From a virus: DNA of 64,000 bases. Of the stretch, positions 22,301 through 30,033 are shown piece after piece (position 1 is the stretch's first letter; each line of letters opens with the position of its first letter). The notes below the pieces were generated by a model, which was not told where the DNA came from, ran no database searches, and saw only the letters and a program-made list of their open reading frames with translations. The DNA lies in the IMG/VR virus record IMGVR_UViG_3300044630_002434, positions 1 through 64,000 of that record, one strand, 5' to 3'. A program made the translations under genes and the position numbers.

Positions 22301-22757
22301 GCTGTTCTTCGGTTGACTCAACCGAGAAAGCAGAAGCAAGAAGAGGAGCGTGTTCTTCAGAAATACGAGGGTCAGCCAAGTACCACTGCATTTGAGCATC
22401 TGCAAGAGCAGAAGCAGTCATTGCATGAGGTGCTGCTGAGAATGGGTGAGCGGTTGTAAGAAGGTCAGAGTACTTAGAAACTGAAGAGAAAGAAACGTGA
22501 CCTTGCGCAAGATTAATAAATGACTTAAGTTCATTGAATGCATAGTTACGACGACCAGCAAAAGAACTAAAGTGACGGCTTTCATTTAAAGCGCGCCAAA
22601 CTACTTCGACAGCAGATGTATCAGTTACTTGACGTAGTGGAGCAACTCTGGAGTTAGCAGAGGCAACAACAGCCAATACGTCTTGGCGGATTAAAAGAGC
22701 CTGTTCAACTGCGGAACGACGCTTTACGCCTTTAGTTACTTTAATTCTGTTATTCAC
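10398..22757 (-). CDS. giant polyvalent, probably virion-associated protein (GNAT-like, DnaQ exonuclease, GNAT-like, HipA/PI3K-like kinase)
   Basis: 4119-aa ORF between portal and protease; FDYETTG..QNSRFD..WHSADAD (DEDDh); GGYVWAITGF GNAT-like; FVK..SEIASN..DRGSNN..FDH kinase motifs. Confidence 0.8.
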   Translation of the reverse strand: MNNRIKVTKGVKRRSAVEQALLIRQDVLAVVASANSRVAPLRQVTDTSAVEVVWRALNESRHFSSFAGRRNYAFNELKSFINLAQGHVSFSSVSKYSDLLTTAHPFSAAPHAMTASALADAQMQWYLADPRISEEHAPLLASAFSVESTEEQRKYATTRLGATQEGVQAFETITAAFSGDGNSYWARRMRAMRQRRDRLGRFAEQGGGMRLLVRTGDGSVRWLTGRSVGAAADSNTFDVETPKGIVRVPASSAEGIEAYLPGKTKDGYSPATARTTAADESDIIAEADLEFVDSPAGWEAVENFQGNAGEKAFSDGVYTVAQTNNEYGSKSYRLIDENGGEVAKGDNWTSMLDESIKDALGGAETPSELTDDMLLSGLDEIANNETAGSLRDVASNIANFLRDGTAPSDRTPEQLAEQAKRIADAIAGDKETTNPNQKTFEKKFQGFEDDFRKGSEAITKKLGGQEIQQDKKEEKQPIAQLPKKVVPALEVPQGAYELEQGDYTPSGRVNEDSTDFTDDPETLATKFKPREIANALQEALIGDSLDRINGLGYGGLEFNEGIEEVSAEALYFALKKQGKNADKFVADTYEKGKARLDRAKDEEINIISDPPKSGPSKAEDEEEITAFYDPPKSGFIEEVKGEDVADALDRIKDIPEVSEVTPAKGEQPIEDVNTAEEDAQEEDPNYPALIEGLTEDELQSWVDSGFDHVPFLPSNEDIKLPEGYTQIDPNPVALEDITTVEEGDALNQDGFSVGWTNDPYVLAQNFDTQELIDNLEFSLEPREEGSKYEVGVTPFTYFDENGDEFYVDIASEFIRDALQLQGEDTNEILQEIADRAWAAQAENKPVASDVEEGRSSGDLSDEEMQAMMDGEGIEPELDKPEVPSGIITEAQPEPERIGEPNAERASRLNARADELASAGKPARASVYRLRGLRDGEGVRLYTSAGEGNVSLPVGNVETANSFTPSTEAIELMQDGGITPLTMHELKSSPENAAIFHQAITDAKNANEFGASVFIYTPEEYVDMRMFISADGKSGFALKGTDLVSVFKGDTQDKRVAHAMVPLATQEGAITADAFDTTLPEIYGDHGLKTVARLPWDDSQAPSDWNKDTFSDFNNGQPDVTFMAYDPEDTAGYTAGQGEMFSDYGDAVGAQKKVVVPEQAPREDFIMQDPPKGGTSKEIFEYVMDDYPRDKTSKETVDFIMQDPPKDGTLPEDIWGPNTESNLPSKASIVKFSAPVTSMQPGDLTIGDCFTITEVGTEPDSRGKLSVKGYFPGHPVQEKLWKNITPINFVRGIPEEDMPMSGNLPEIHKPQYGDFLGGSNSQEFKLTYARWRGMINAARARWSNKYDVASYEFDAGTDIHRVKVHANELKPGDVMADPTKGNFVIASVSDPNPNNPDHADAISQGLLVVKGYYPGHELQEKMWKPRQEGRNGREYKMEVIRNSELPDSGPLPAINQGEVIDGVYVRNTDPEFVKQYNQNIANAASLYNFPSDAPEVDYPQEVNPALREAPRAVPTREPRSPFEVSDPFAQGAFAQMLRDAGSWEQLRENIKGMTFTFFDYETTGLDPNTENPVQLGAVKIKDGVVVDRFNMYMNPGRPLEGWSKDNLKDGDGNPLSDDFLQQQASMADAHQAFADWAGADTILGAQNSRFDRRFLENALSNTGVDFTPTGYIDPQSLARAINADAGVPRKGVALGKLAEEYGVSLENWHSADADAEAAALIFEKLLDRAQAENLANGQFDVDAIAAKHAEDLAFYDSVTYPNYLRDLEAWNMAQAVENALAGQEVTVEQLIEDSKNTTPTITPESAEDIAGVKASKDLVSKPTRLGTAEWVLDDANTRPIDREDVRANSLEVGDFMRTRKGDRWSQVVGVEEVEENRFTIHRVDLETGEEFTSGPYWGGTRLDNVRRPISANSLNTGEEGDSSLTNVVEPSEKPAPRLEHSDENIDDFSAETTIEESGDGVLTATTKVFDDNGDLVGEQENIVNSVEEAQEVGDSVLRALHEDIVALTLEMFESMEGTKPTNEEKPSQISDITYPTQRSEEIVFDKDANAYRITIMQMPKRFGGGYEVGVFKDSGLSNWEEAPDIDNFQRFETLEDAKSAGKEISKSLQPEVKTPKKPARSKEQKQNERRSRIQDGAYLERDNRAERRAWTDRGDWVDIFNWVNPDGSKVPLDMSDPEQAGDLTEGRVFGQPATRIIDGGEAIRDTLSTVDVGEEALDEPTVFAPGTPIGDRIVRPHGQIDSTTVVDPNGREFSIELQSGAGFEGDPEHYNVIIRDPERNNIELAYQEASSRGEADIMYADLQRALAEGRVVYNSDPNFGQDIKDATAGDSSPFVTSGLLPGEEPFRVRMIGDKDWQRYSEENYIFADGQNQARLGDRVVHQYDGWNEGRGEGVIVAWETIENSGDRARKGYAYVAFADGSYGTYATDFLFLNGRGRDTEDLRFAPPVSDEARNMERPLLNIQKGIEAPRKFETTEKYTVEVRRVEGTGRGAGAQFKTVIRPYVSKRGGTGLSKGVAETRRAYQMWLDRQERVREYRERAGLPPLSERIVELADPKDRVLGPIWRRATGRGEEPTPTTPQVQTPTPTPTPEPSPTAISSEERTAALETYVQIFNADRDNGLRDAEMDGDILKISNVGDDSDGQVNIEWAENRQAYSLQAFAEGSPYGEIEYFDNLGGVTYRAKQIINTIEQENIDRASTTTPTPTTPQAPTPIPMTDEERTRALQNSADSFNVRNDKAIEASAGNKFIKLRDLSDKIDATNVATIEWDEDRKTYSVDIESDFDSLETEYISNLDVAIARAEFRLLDLRPSREGDTPTDTDAPDVQTEAYQKIINAGLQAPGSYAITNMSTVDENLKGVFWTRRGYENSSSGRAVSITATPEGKFRTSAWLASMAMQQGRNPDFSDDFDTLNEAAAQANLYLAGANGSPSSRGDSGPAGANPQVLPGNPITEAPNTYAYIQDLESYPSRAYAVPGARQNLSVSQSSATKEINMTDRVTGTQGMVYYETASGKYVATADGVEFPNKFDTVDDAGDAVIQKFLEKREAIEVPRSTGGTASRPYPLAPREKRLNAREVANLKSAIEGRLAALNASAPVEVSIASDDNSFTGLSYKISVPSVEHEMILTQDTSQGGWTLSSLNTDGTIKNSGRYRRTEEALDRINLSSRNAVDGYHMARVQAQRTRMQTLQQELKDYVPNSRASARVDSAGSEGTWDYGFTHKPAGYVNEYRVDVNIDPKGENTAIVTVVSPDGTMDSYEIPSNANLDTVLESVKTKVDELATTNSEESLATKRARADAKAEEILEAELNLQLAPNPIPLHRRFLNIAKNLLTPVQQIEFDGSMAGVSNPNFDRIDDNFVVTPNGDPVTQKHFQDQGWEAEKAAQIAHAGVSRPSIDRVIELIRSGDSRELNKAVALGMGVGNVFGGDLTIEGVSAGGRINSSGTGNMDVSVRIKSTETGKTYSASRQFRFVDGKLDNVYNASMFIEGAKPSGFSSLFNQYAENWYIANGAKSITVSAAAGGFSHPGSATGGYVWAITGFNWNGAGVGYNQLKSRYDYIQRGYTSGERVDYYGSSTGYARAKASMDKVVQQAFDAYGVSDWEGLRQAMTSDAELAPTFPTPREMAMIGWTPDLRANEQHWFGKAYSMDTGFSGKKTLIPTSTERVQNSAYENMKKAIDKLAASGANAFENNEKIKSHFATRSTYDGIGEILAPYADELTQLTGYEGKRSVSQLSPPAKAALGKYLATILADGNDPVFTNGDSPSDKAKDASIKADFVSMLDALQRDRLSFEPNRTKLSEAGETVKNLPSEVFDTSMTPGETKNVTNQETGEILPFTITKLVQQNTTSPEDGPTISGAYAGASDIWLVQSTKTEERFFVKNVSTETNVQSEIASNIVGRALGIVGLPVVDRQGDANSTRIITSELGTNLSIPSINSDELVVGANSSPELDTPHLVRMSESGIFDVNAVDVASHVSINNALGILAMDAIIQNNDRGSNNVMMVRGNDVPNTPVHENVAEAWIPIPFDHADAVAIRTAIEQTSNGYQSPYDYLTTSLGVSNDLGKQIFDRVGPVTFKMLMDKRIAQALQELKSRYSSGYMPQDVLDMISDRASEILNYTTDNWSDIYG

Positions 22758-23749
22758 GAAGAAGTACCCTTCTCGAACTGAGGCAATAAGTCAGCGTCTT
22801 TACTGTCGTATGTATATTCTGCCATATTTTTTACACGGCTATATGGGTCTTCGTTATCTTTGACTGCTCGCAACCAAGTTGCGCGAAGTGCTGGGATAAC
22901 TTCGTAACCTAAACCAGAAAATTCTGCCAAAGCAGTAATAGCATTCTCTGTTGATTCATATTCTTCTAAATCTTTAATAGTTACAGAAAGTTCTTCTTCG
23001 TAGTAAACATCGTCTACGTCTTGCTTTAGTTTTGCTCTGTCGTATTCAATGATTGCATCGGCACTAACAACACCGTCAGGAATTACAGCAAAACGACACT
23101 TACCTAAGTCTTCAATTGGAAGAGAGATAATTTGGCAGACATCTCCCTGCTCTGTCTCTTGGTAGAAGACGCAGTTCATGCAAACAACACCAATTTTTGC
23201 AACTTCGTTCTCTGCAGCAGGGGTGTAGCCAGCCCAAACGCCAATTTGGTCTTCGTTAAACTTTCCGTGCTTAGCAACAACTTCAAGTAGAGCCTTTGCT
23301 AGGTCTTGCTCTTCTGGAACCAAGCGAGCAGATGCCGTCAATGCCAAAGCAGAAGCAGAACTCTTCGTGCTACGAGGGTGAGAGGCAGGAAGCAAATCGT
23401 TATCTTGCTTGTAAGCAGAGTTAGAAGGCTTTCCAGACTTAAGAAGTTTTAGATAAGCGTTAACGCGACCCATAGCCCACTGGTCGCGACTCATTCCGGG
23501 ACGGTGGCTTGTTGAGAAAGCACCAGCACCTCGGCGGTAGACAGCCTTAAGCATTCCTAAAGTAGCCTTGCGACCTTCTTTAGCGTTTTCGTTGTGCTCG
23601 GAAACTTTATTCTCTAAAGACTTCTCTACTTTGGCAGAAAACTTAATAGCCTTAGATTTTCCAGTCGAAGCAGAGCCTTTAGGGTTCGTGCTAGAACCTT
23701 TGATTCTGTCTTTCTTTGGAGCAGGAGTCTTCGGGTCTGATTTAGGCAT
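22754..23749 (-). CDS. head-associated protein, basic N-terminal domain plus Cys-containing domain
   Basis: LKAVYRRGAGAF..SHRPG....QWAMGRVNAY domain common in phage head regions; CMNCVFY..CQII...GKCRF Cys cluster. Confidence 0.6.
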   Translation of the reverse strand: MPKSDPKTPAPKKDRIKGSSTNPKGSASTGKSKAIKFSAKVEKSLENKVSEHNENAKEGRKATLGMLKAVYRRGAGAFSTSHRPGMSRDQWAMGRVNAYLKLLKSGKPSNSAYKQDNDLLPASHPRSTKSSASALALTASARLVPEEQDLAKALLEVVAKHGKFNEDQIGVWAGYTPAAENEVAKIGVVCMNCVFYQETEQGDVCQIISLPIEDLGKCRFAVIPDGVVSADAIIEYDRAKLKQDVDDVYYEEELSVTIKDLEEYESTENAITALAEFSGLGYEVIPALRATWLRAVKDNEDPYSRVKNMAEYTYDSKDADLLPQFEKGTSS

Positions 23750-25493
23750 TTTCTACACCTTCTGTAGGTGGACCAAACAATTCAGGAAAGTTCTCTACTG
23801 TTGGCTCTAAGGGCGTGCCAACTTCAACTGGTTCTTCTGTAGGTGCCTGCGGAGTCTCTGGTGATGCTGGCTCTACTGGTGCTTCTGTTACTGGTTCACC
23901 TGAAAGGGCTTGCGCAACATTTTCAGGTAGCGGACCAACAGATGAAGCCTGTTGCGCACCCTTAATCTTTGTCATCATGTCAGGAGCAAGGGCAGCGAGT
24001 GCTGCTTCGGTAAGTTCAGGTGAGAGCATACCCTTTTCAAAGAACATTCGGATTGCAAGTTCTTCGGGGGTAGGTGCATCTGCATCAGAGAAACCGTGAG
24101 CATGTCGCCAAGTAGAAAGCGAGATTGCCATCTTGTCGAAACCTGCATCAGCATCAGCAGCGCGGTCATTACGAGTTGAAATTGCTGATGGGTCATACCA
24201 AACAACGATGCGGTCTACGTCTGATTCTGCAAAACCGTTTGCAAGTAGGTATGGACGCAAGTAAACAACTGTAAGAGCGTCTGCAATAAGAAGCATGAGT
24301 GGCTCAATGTGGGTCTTGTAGAGCGTCTCATCAATCTGCAGGGCGTTTGAGTACTTGACGTTGGCTAAGCCAGTGATTACGTCCTTAGGCACGTCTACGC
24401 CCTGCAGAATGCGTTCCAGTACGCGGTCAGCACGTTGGGCTAGGGCAGGGTCGAAGGAACGCTCAAACTTGAATTGCTTAATAGCATCGCCAAGTTCTGC
24501 AGGACCACGAATAATAAGTGGAACAACTGCGCTGGCAGAGTCCTCATCCTTAATAGGAGTTGTCATCGCGTCGATAAGTTGCTCTTCGAAGTCGTCTTGC
24601 TGTTCTTCAATAAGAATTTCTGGGTCTACATCTACATCATCAGAGTATGGGTAGTCAGGTTGAGCGTTTGCTGCAACGCTTAATCCATCTGGCAAGTAAA
24701 GTGCGCCAGCGTTTAGGCGTGAGCGCGCTGTTGCGCGGAATGTACGGTTAAGAAGTAGAAGTTCGGCGCAAAGGTCTAACAAACCACGTAGTGATGAATC
24801 TGCTTCATCAGAGAAGCGTGGGTGTGAGCGCCAAATGCGTCCTACAAATGCTTGATTACCTAGTTGATGAACAGACTTGTTCTGAGAACCACTCATACCG
24901 CTACCAGTTGATTGTTCTCTGCGACCAATTACGTTGTAGCCACCCTTAGGGTCTGCAAGAATTTCATCTACAGACTTAATATCCCAAGATTCAGAGGTTC
25001 CGTAGTTAGGTCGTGAAGGCATTTGCACTAAGTAGCATTCGCCAGCAACAGAAAGGTTAAGAGCAGCGTCGCGCAAGAGACCAGCCTGACCACCGTAAGC
25101 AGAATCTAAACGATTAAGAGCGCGTTCTGCGCCATCTTTCATGCGCTGGTCAATAATCGAGGAATCTCTAACATTTACAGGAGTTTCAGCAGGATTTTCT
25201 ACAACTGCTGCGTAAATACGGATACGTGAGATTACAGAGGCTACAAGATTGAATGCGTATTTAAGTTCGCCGATTGCATCGTAGTATTCCCAAGCCTCTT
25301 GTTGCCAAGAAGATGAGTTGGCAGAGCGACGTTGACGAAATTGTTCTGATTCCCCTTTGTCCCCAATTTTTACTTGTTGCGCTGCAGCAGTTAGAGGACG
25401 GATTGCTGAATATGGTAGCGGTTCTAGTGGAGTACCACCAGAATTGAAAGCGCGTACTGGACGGTCGGCATCATCGCGACTAAATACACCCAT
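23742..25493 (-). CDS. portal protein
   Basis: WQQEAWEYYDAIGELKYA, NLSVAGECYL, RIWRSHPR...ADSS, DEDSASAVVPLI motifs of actinophage portals; 583 aa. Confidence 0.85.
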   Translation of the reverse strand: MGVFSRDDADRPVRAFNSGGTPLEPLPYSAIRPLTAAAQQVKIGDKGESEQFRQRRSANSSSWQQEAWEYYDAIGELKYAFNLVASVISRIRIYAAVVENPAETPVNVRDSSIIDQRMKDGAERALNRLDSAYGGQAGLLRDAALNLSVAGECYLVQMPSRPNYGTSESWDIKSVDEILADPKGGYNVIGRREQSTGSGMSGSQNKSVHQLGNQAFVGRIWRSHPRFSDEADSSLRGLLDLCAELLLLNRTFRATARSRLNAGALYLPDGLSVAANAQPDYPYSDDVDVDPEILIEEQQDDFEEQLIDAMTTPIKDEDSASAVVPLIIRGPAELGDAIKQFKFERSFDPALAQRADRVLERILQGVDVPKDVITGLANVKYSNALQIDETLYKTHIEPLMLLIADALTVVYLRPYLLANGFAESDVDRIVVWYDPSAISTRNDRAADADAGFDKMAISLSTWRHAHGFSDADAPTPEELAIRMFFEKGMLSPELTEAALAALAPDMMTKIKGAQQASSVGPLPENVAQALSGEPVTEAPVEPASPETPQAPTEEPVEVGTPLEPTVENFPELFGPPTEGVENA

Positions 25494-25532
25494 TTATTAC
25501 TCCTTTGTCGTTTTTATTACGGAGCATGAGGG

Positions 25533-25832
25533 TTATTCCTTGTTCTCATACGCGGTAAGCAATCCAGCCATCGCAGAAAGTGCTAATGCAACTGCAAAAA
25601 AGCGGAATGTTGTTGAGTCGATTGTATACCAAGTTGCAAAGCCTAATCCTAGCCACACGCTGGAGCACCACTCGCAAGTAAGTAGGTATCCTGTGTGTGT
25701 AGTTTCTGGTGGATAGCGGTTCCATATCTTATTTCTGACGTTAGAAAAGATTTCATCCTGCGTAATTAGCCTTGTAGCGCGGTAAATTGCAAGTGAAAAC
25801 ACAATAAAATCAACAATATTTAGAGTTTGCAT
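25533..25832 (-). CDS. DUF1360-like membrane protein
   Basis: LAIYRATRLITQDEIF and YLLTCEWCSSVW motifs, hydrophobic helices; sits upstream of portal. Confidence 0.7.
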   Translation of the reverse strand: MQTLNIVDFIVFSLAIYRATRLITQDEIFSNVRNKIWNRYPPETTHTGYLLTCEWCSSVWLGLGFATWYTIDSTTFRFFAVALALSAMAGLLTAYENKE

Positions 25833-25840
25833 GTAATTCC

Positions 25841-26245
25841 TTAGTTAGCGCTCAAAATTGAGCCAACTGGTGACCAGTTTTTTAGCCGTGAACCGCACCC
25901 ACAAGATTTATCTTTTTTAACTGCGATAATTTTATTCGTAACTGTGATAAAACGTGTTATTTTTTGCTCGTCTGCTTCCCTTTTTGTGTATTGCTCCCTA
26001 AAAAACGTAACAGGACCAGTACTAGAGTCAACAGCAATGTAAATAGTTGTCTCATCTGCAATAACGCGAGCAGTAGGAAGCAATTTTGAGCCTCTTAGGG
26101 CTGAACTTTGGTGGTGGTTGATTTCATACATATCTACGTTGGGGTAGGTATCGCTCGGAGTGATGTGAACATTGGCTGGAAAAGTGTCAAAAAGTCTCAA
26201 GGGGGTTCCTATCGGACGTAGTGCGTGAATTGAAAGTCTTCCCAA
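25841..26245 (-). CDS. hypothetical protein
   Basis: 134-aa ORF with C-terminal SCGCGSRLKNW. Confidence 0.6.
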   Translation of the reverse strand: MGRLSIHALRPIGTPLRLFDTFPANVHITPSDTYPNVDMYEINHHQSSALRGSKLLPTARVIADETTIYIAVDSSTGPVTFFREQYTKREADEQKITRFITVTNKIIAVKKDKSCGCGSRLKNWSPVGSILSAN

Positions 26246-26496
26246 CCGAGAATTTCGGTAGCAAGTTCGGTGGAAATGATAATAGGCGATTCGGGGCTTG
26301 AACTGTTCAGACTTTTCTGGAAATCGTCTTCTGAATAAATGTAAGTAGCGTTTTTGAAGGCTTGTAGTTCCTCACGGGGGATGGAAAGTGGTTTTGGTGG
26401 GGTTCCGTGACTAGTTAGGGCTTGAAGAAGTCTTGATTGGGGGTGGTCTATACGTGATGGGTTTAGCCACACAACACAGCAAAGGTCAGTTGTCAT
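26209..26496 (-). CDS. hypothetical protein
   Basis: ATGA overlap with upstream gene. Confidence 0.5.
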   Translation of the reverse strand: MTTDLCCVVWLNPSRIDHPQSRLLQALTSHGTPPKPLSIPREELQAFKNATYIYSEDDFQKSLNSSSPESPIIISTELATEILGWEDFQFTHYVR

Positions 26497-26960
26497 AAGG
26501 TCGATAATCCTTTACTTACTCGGCGGAACATTGCCCGTGAAGAAACCCCGCAGGCTTTAGCGATTCTTTGGACAGGAACGCCTTTTAGGTATAACTCGGT
26601 GGCAAGTTGAGTTAGGTCGTCATTTGCTAGGCGAAACGGCGAAGATGGGGGCGTTTTTGCCCGACAGCGTTGCGCTAGATGAGCAAGACGCTTAAGTTCT
26701 GGGACAAGTTTAGGTGGGACCTTAGGGGATATTGGGCGTATAGGAAGATTAGGAGTTGGCAGAGGGGCTGGGTTCTCTTTGTCTATGTAGCCAGTGTTTT
26801 CCTGTTTAATCCAGTTGTAAACCGTAGATTTTGGGCGCGGAGGTGTTAAGGAGTCGCCTAGTTCTTTGAGAGACCAGCCAGCCTCGTGGAGCGCCAAAAG
26901 ACGGTTTGGAATAAGTGGTCCAAGTGAGTTCAGAAACTCTTTTTCAGATTCTGGGAGCAT
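26493..26960 (-). CDS. HTH DNA-binding protein (two HTH-like segments)
   Basis: GWSLKELGDSL...KSTVYNWI and GVPVQRIAKACGVSSRAMFRRV. Confidence 0.65.
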   Translation of the reverse strand: MLPESEKEFLNSLGPLIPNRLLALHEAGWSLKELGDSLTPPRPKSTVYNWIKQENTGYIDKENPAPLPTPNLPIRPISPKVPPKLVPELKRLAHLAQRCRAKTPPSSPFRLANDDLTQLATELYLKGVPVQRIAKACGVSSRAMFRRVSKGLSTL

Positions 26961-27225
26961 GGCTCTATTGTACAGAGTTTTCTCTTAAGTGTTTCTCCTC
27001 GCAGTCACGGGCGAGTTGGGGGACAACGTATTGTTTTCCGCACCAATCGCAGAACCAGAGATGGTCGTAGTTTGACTTCGAGTTGGACAAAGAGTTCCTT
27101 TCGACACTTACATTCTAAGCCGGGATAAGTTGAACGGAAAGACGAAAAAGGTGAACAGTAACTATATTTGGATTTGGTCGCTGAGGCGGCTGTCGTTGTT
27201 TCGTACACTTGTTCTAATCGTTTCG

Positions 27226-27838
<613 letters not shown>

Positions 27839-28028
27839 GTAAGGGCTTAGAGGGCTATCCGCAAGGGATAGGCAAGGGATAAGGTTATCCGCAAGGGGTT
27901 AGATAGTGTGACCTAACTCACACAACTAATTGAGTGAACTACCTTGCACTAAGTCAGGTATCTGATAGTCTTATCTTATAAGCAACACCGCAAGGCGCGG
28001 AACTGCTAAGAACTAAGGGAGTAACACA

Positions 28029-28280
28029 ATGGAACTATCAAACACACTAACCGCAGAACTAGCAACCTCTTTTGGAGTAGTGTTCGTAACTACTGACGGT
28101 ATGACCTACTCATACCACTTAGACACACTAGCCAGCGTTATCGAGTTAGTAGAGTCCGCTAAGAGAGTCATTAGCGTAGAGGTTACCGCTCAGCGTGACA
28201 ACAACTACAAGACTCTAAGCGTAGATGAGTTGCGCTCAGCAATCTACCTACACAACAACCCTCTATCTATCGCTATCTAA
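28029..28280 (+). CDS. hypothetical early protein
   Basis: Promoter TTGCAC..TAGTCT, AAGGGAG RBS, terminator at 28293-28330. Confidence 0.7.
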   Translation: MELSNTLTAELATSFGVVFVTTDGMTYSYHLDTLASVIELVESAKRVISVEVTAQRDNNYKTLSVDELRSAIYLHNNPLSIAI

Positions 28281-28420
28281 CTAGACAGCACCGCAACCCT
28301 CTAGCCGAAAGGTTAGGGGGTTGCTTGCTTTATGGTGTGTCTTAGTTTGACTATTGTCATAGATAGCCGTATACTTTAGGTATGAGGTTGCAGGGAGTAA
28401 CCGCAGAGAGGGGCAAGACA

Positions 28421-28531
28421 ATGGCTAAAGGTACTGGTGCTTTCACACCTAATCCAAATTGCGATAAGTGTAAAGATGATGACGCTGCTTGCATTAGTTG
28501 CTATATGAGCGCAGGCGGATACAACGACTAA
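28421..28531 (+). CDS. 36-aa CxxC..CxxC microprotein
   Basis: Own translation MAKGTGAFTPNPNCDKCKDDDAACISCYMSAGGYND; TTGACT-17-TATACT promoter, GAGGGG RBS, downstream terminator. Confidence 0.65.
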   Translation: MAKGTGAFTPNPNCDKCKDDDAACISCYMSAGGYND

Positions 28532-28804
28532 CCGCAAAGGATAGCCCTCAACCCGCAAGGGTTGGGGGTTATTTTTTTTTTTTTTTTTGGCTAACAGCAG
28601 GGAGATAGTTACCAGCCCAGAAGAGTTAGAAATTTTTAAGATAGATAACTGAAATTTTTTAGGGAAGGGGGAAGAACAGACAAAACGGACACCGCAAGCG
28701 TTACCAAATTGTGACACGCCGTATGTCTTTTTAGTTTGCATTAACCTGACTTTTGTGTAATAATTGTTCTATGAGGTTGCAAGGGGCAACCGCGAGAGGG
28801 AAGA

Positions 28805-29119
28805 ATGACAGTATCAGAATTAATCGAACAGTACCTAGAGGTTCTAAACGAGAAGGCAACTACTATTTCAACAACCGCTTACGGAGTAAGCAAGGGTCGT
28901 AAGTTTGCAAAGGTATTAGCACACGGTTCACAAACATCAGTCCACGCTTTTGTTAATCTAGAGAATGGTGATGTGATTAAGCCAGCAACATTCAATGCAC
29001 CGCAGAAGAACGCAGATGGTACTTTTGCAGTCCGCTACAACCTAGTAGACGACGAGTCACGCGAGTTGCTATTCGAGAAGGCAGAGTTTAGTGGGGGCTA
29101 CCTCTACCTTAATAGGTAG
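28805..29119 (+). CDS. conserved phage hypothetical protein
   Basis: GRKFAKV...SVHAFV....GDVIKPATFNAPQK..VRYNL motif; own promoter and terminator. Confidence 0.75.
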   Translation: MTVSELIEQYLEVLNEKATTISTTAYGVSKGRKFAKVLAHGSQTSVHAFVNLENGDVIKPATFNAPQKNADGTFAVRYNLVDDESRELLFEKAEFSGGYLYLNR

Positions 29120-29177
29120 CCAAATAGAAAGACCCCCCTCACCGCAAGGTGAAGGGGGCTTTCTTATTTACGAAAGA

Positions 29178-29447
29178 TTAAACGCTTTCGCTTTTCTTGC
29201 CCTTTGACTTTGTATCAACCGAGTTGAACACTTCATCAATTTCTGCATCAGACAAGTCACCGTCATTAATGTAGGCGCGTGATAAGCCCTCCACTACGGT
29301 AGCGACTCCACCGACTCCAGCCATAAGAATTGCTTGCCAGAGTTCTACTCCAGCAAGCGCTCCTGCACCGATAACCGATAGACCTGACGCAGAGAATACG
29401 GCAAGAATACGCAAGGTAATCTTCTGTATTTTTTTAGTTACTGTCAT
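29178..29447 (-). CDS. membrane protein, possibly holin-like
   Basis: Two hydrophobic helices, charged tail DGDLSDAEIDEVF. Confidence 0.55.
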   Translation of the reverse strand: MTVTKKIQKITLRILAVFSASGLSVIGAGALAGVELWQAILMAGVGGVATVVEGLSRAYINDGDLSDAEIDEVFNSVDTKSKGKKSESV

Positions 29448-29548
29448 AGTGTGTCGTCCTTCCAAGTTTTCACACGATGCTAAAACAATTTCAGCACCCA
29501 GTATTACGAGTTTATCGCAGGTACTGAGTGCTGAAATTTTTGTGGCAA

Positions 29549-29824
29549 CTACTTAACAACAATTCTCATCGCTGTAGGTGGAGTTACTTCAACAATTGGT
29601 GCAGATGCAGGTTCGACAACTGGTTCAATAATTGGTTCTGGTTCTGGCTCAACCGTAGGTTCAACTACGACTGGTGCAGGTGCAGACTTCCTACCTTTGT
29701 ATGTCTTTGCATCTGGTTCTTCTACCGTAACTTCCGCTACTGGTTCGACAATTAATTCAGGTGCAGACTCTTCGAGTTCTGCAACTTCATCAACTATCAC
29801 TTCAAGTTCTGGATTCAGTTCCAT
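29549..29824 (-). CDS. acidic Pro/Glu/Val-rich protein
   Basis: ATG at 29824 after AAAGGA; EPVVEP-type repeats. Confidence 0.6.
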   Translation of the reverse strand: MELNPELEVIVDEVAELEESAPELIVEPVAEVTVEEPDAKTYKGRKSAPAPVVVEPTVEPEPEPIIEPVVEPASAPIVEVTPPTAMRIVVK

Positions 29825-29880
29825 AGTATTCCTTTGTTGAGGTTGTGCCTTGTATCTATTGTAAGACACAACCTAACTTC

Positions 29881-30033
29881 CTAGTTCTCTCTAATAGAGA
29901 GCAACGCAAGGCTAATGGCATTAAGACCGAAAGCAAGTGTTAGTAAGTCCTTGCCTAGAGTTGCCGAAACTATCGCCAATACTCCTGAGGCAAGTGAGGC
30001 TACCGCCACCCAAATAATTTCAGTTCTATTCAC
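29881..30033 (-). CDS. small membrane protein (50 aa)
   Basis: Own translation from GTG: MNRTEIIWVAVASLASGVLAIVSATLGKDLLTLAFGLNAISLALLSIREN. Confidence 0.55.
   Translation of the reverse strand: MNRTEIIWVAVASLASGVLAIVSATLGKDLLTLAFGLNAISLALLSIREN

Noticed and set aside
561-25716. Many plus-strand and alternate-frame ORFs inside structural genes
   Set aside because: Shadow ORFs of long, motif-supported minus-strand genes
28572-28588. 17-T homopolymer as a phase-variation site
   Set aside because: It is the tail of an intrinsic terminator, and its length may be a sequencing artefact
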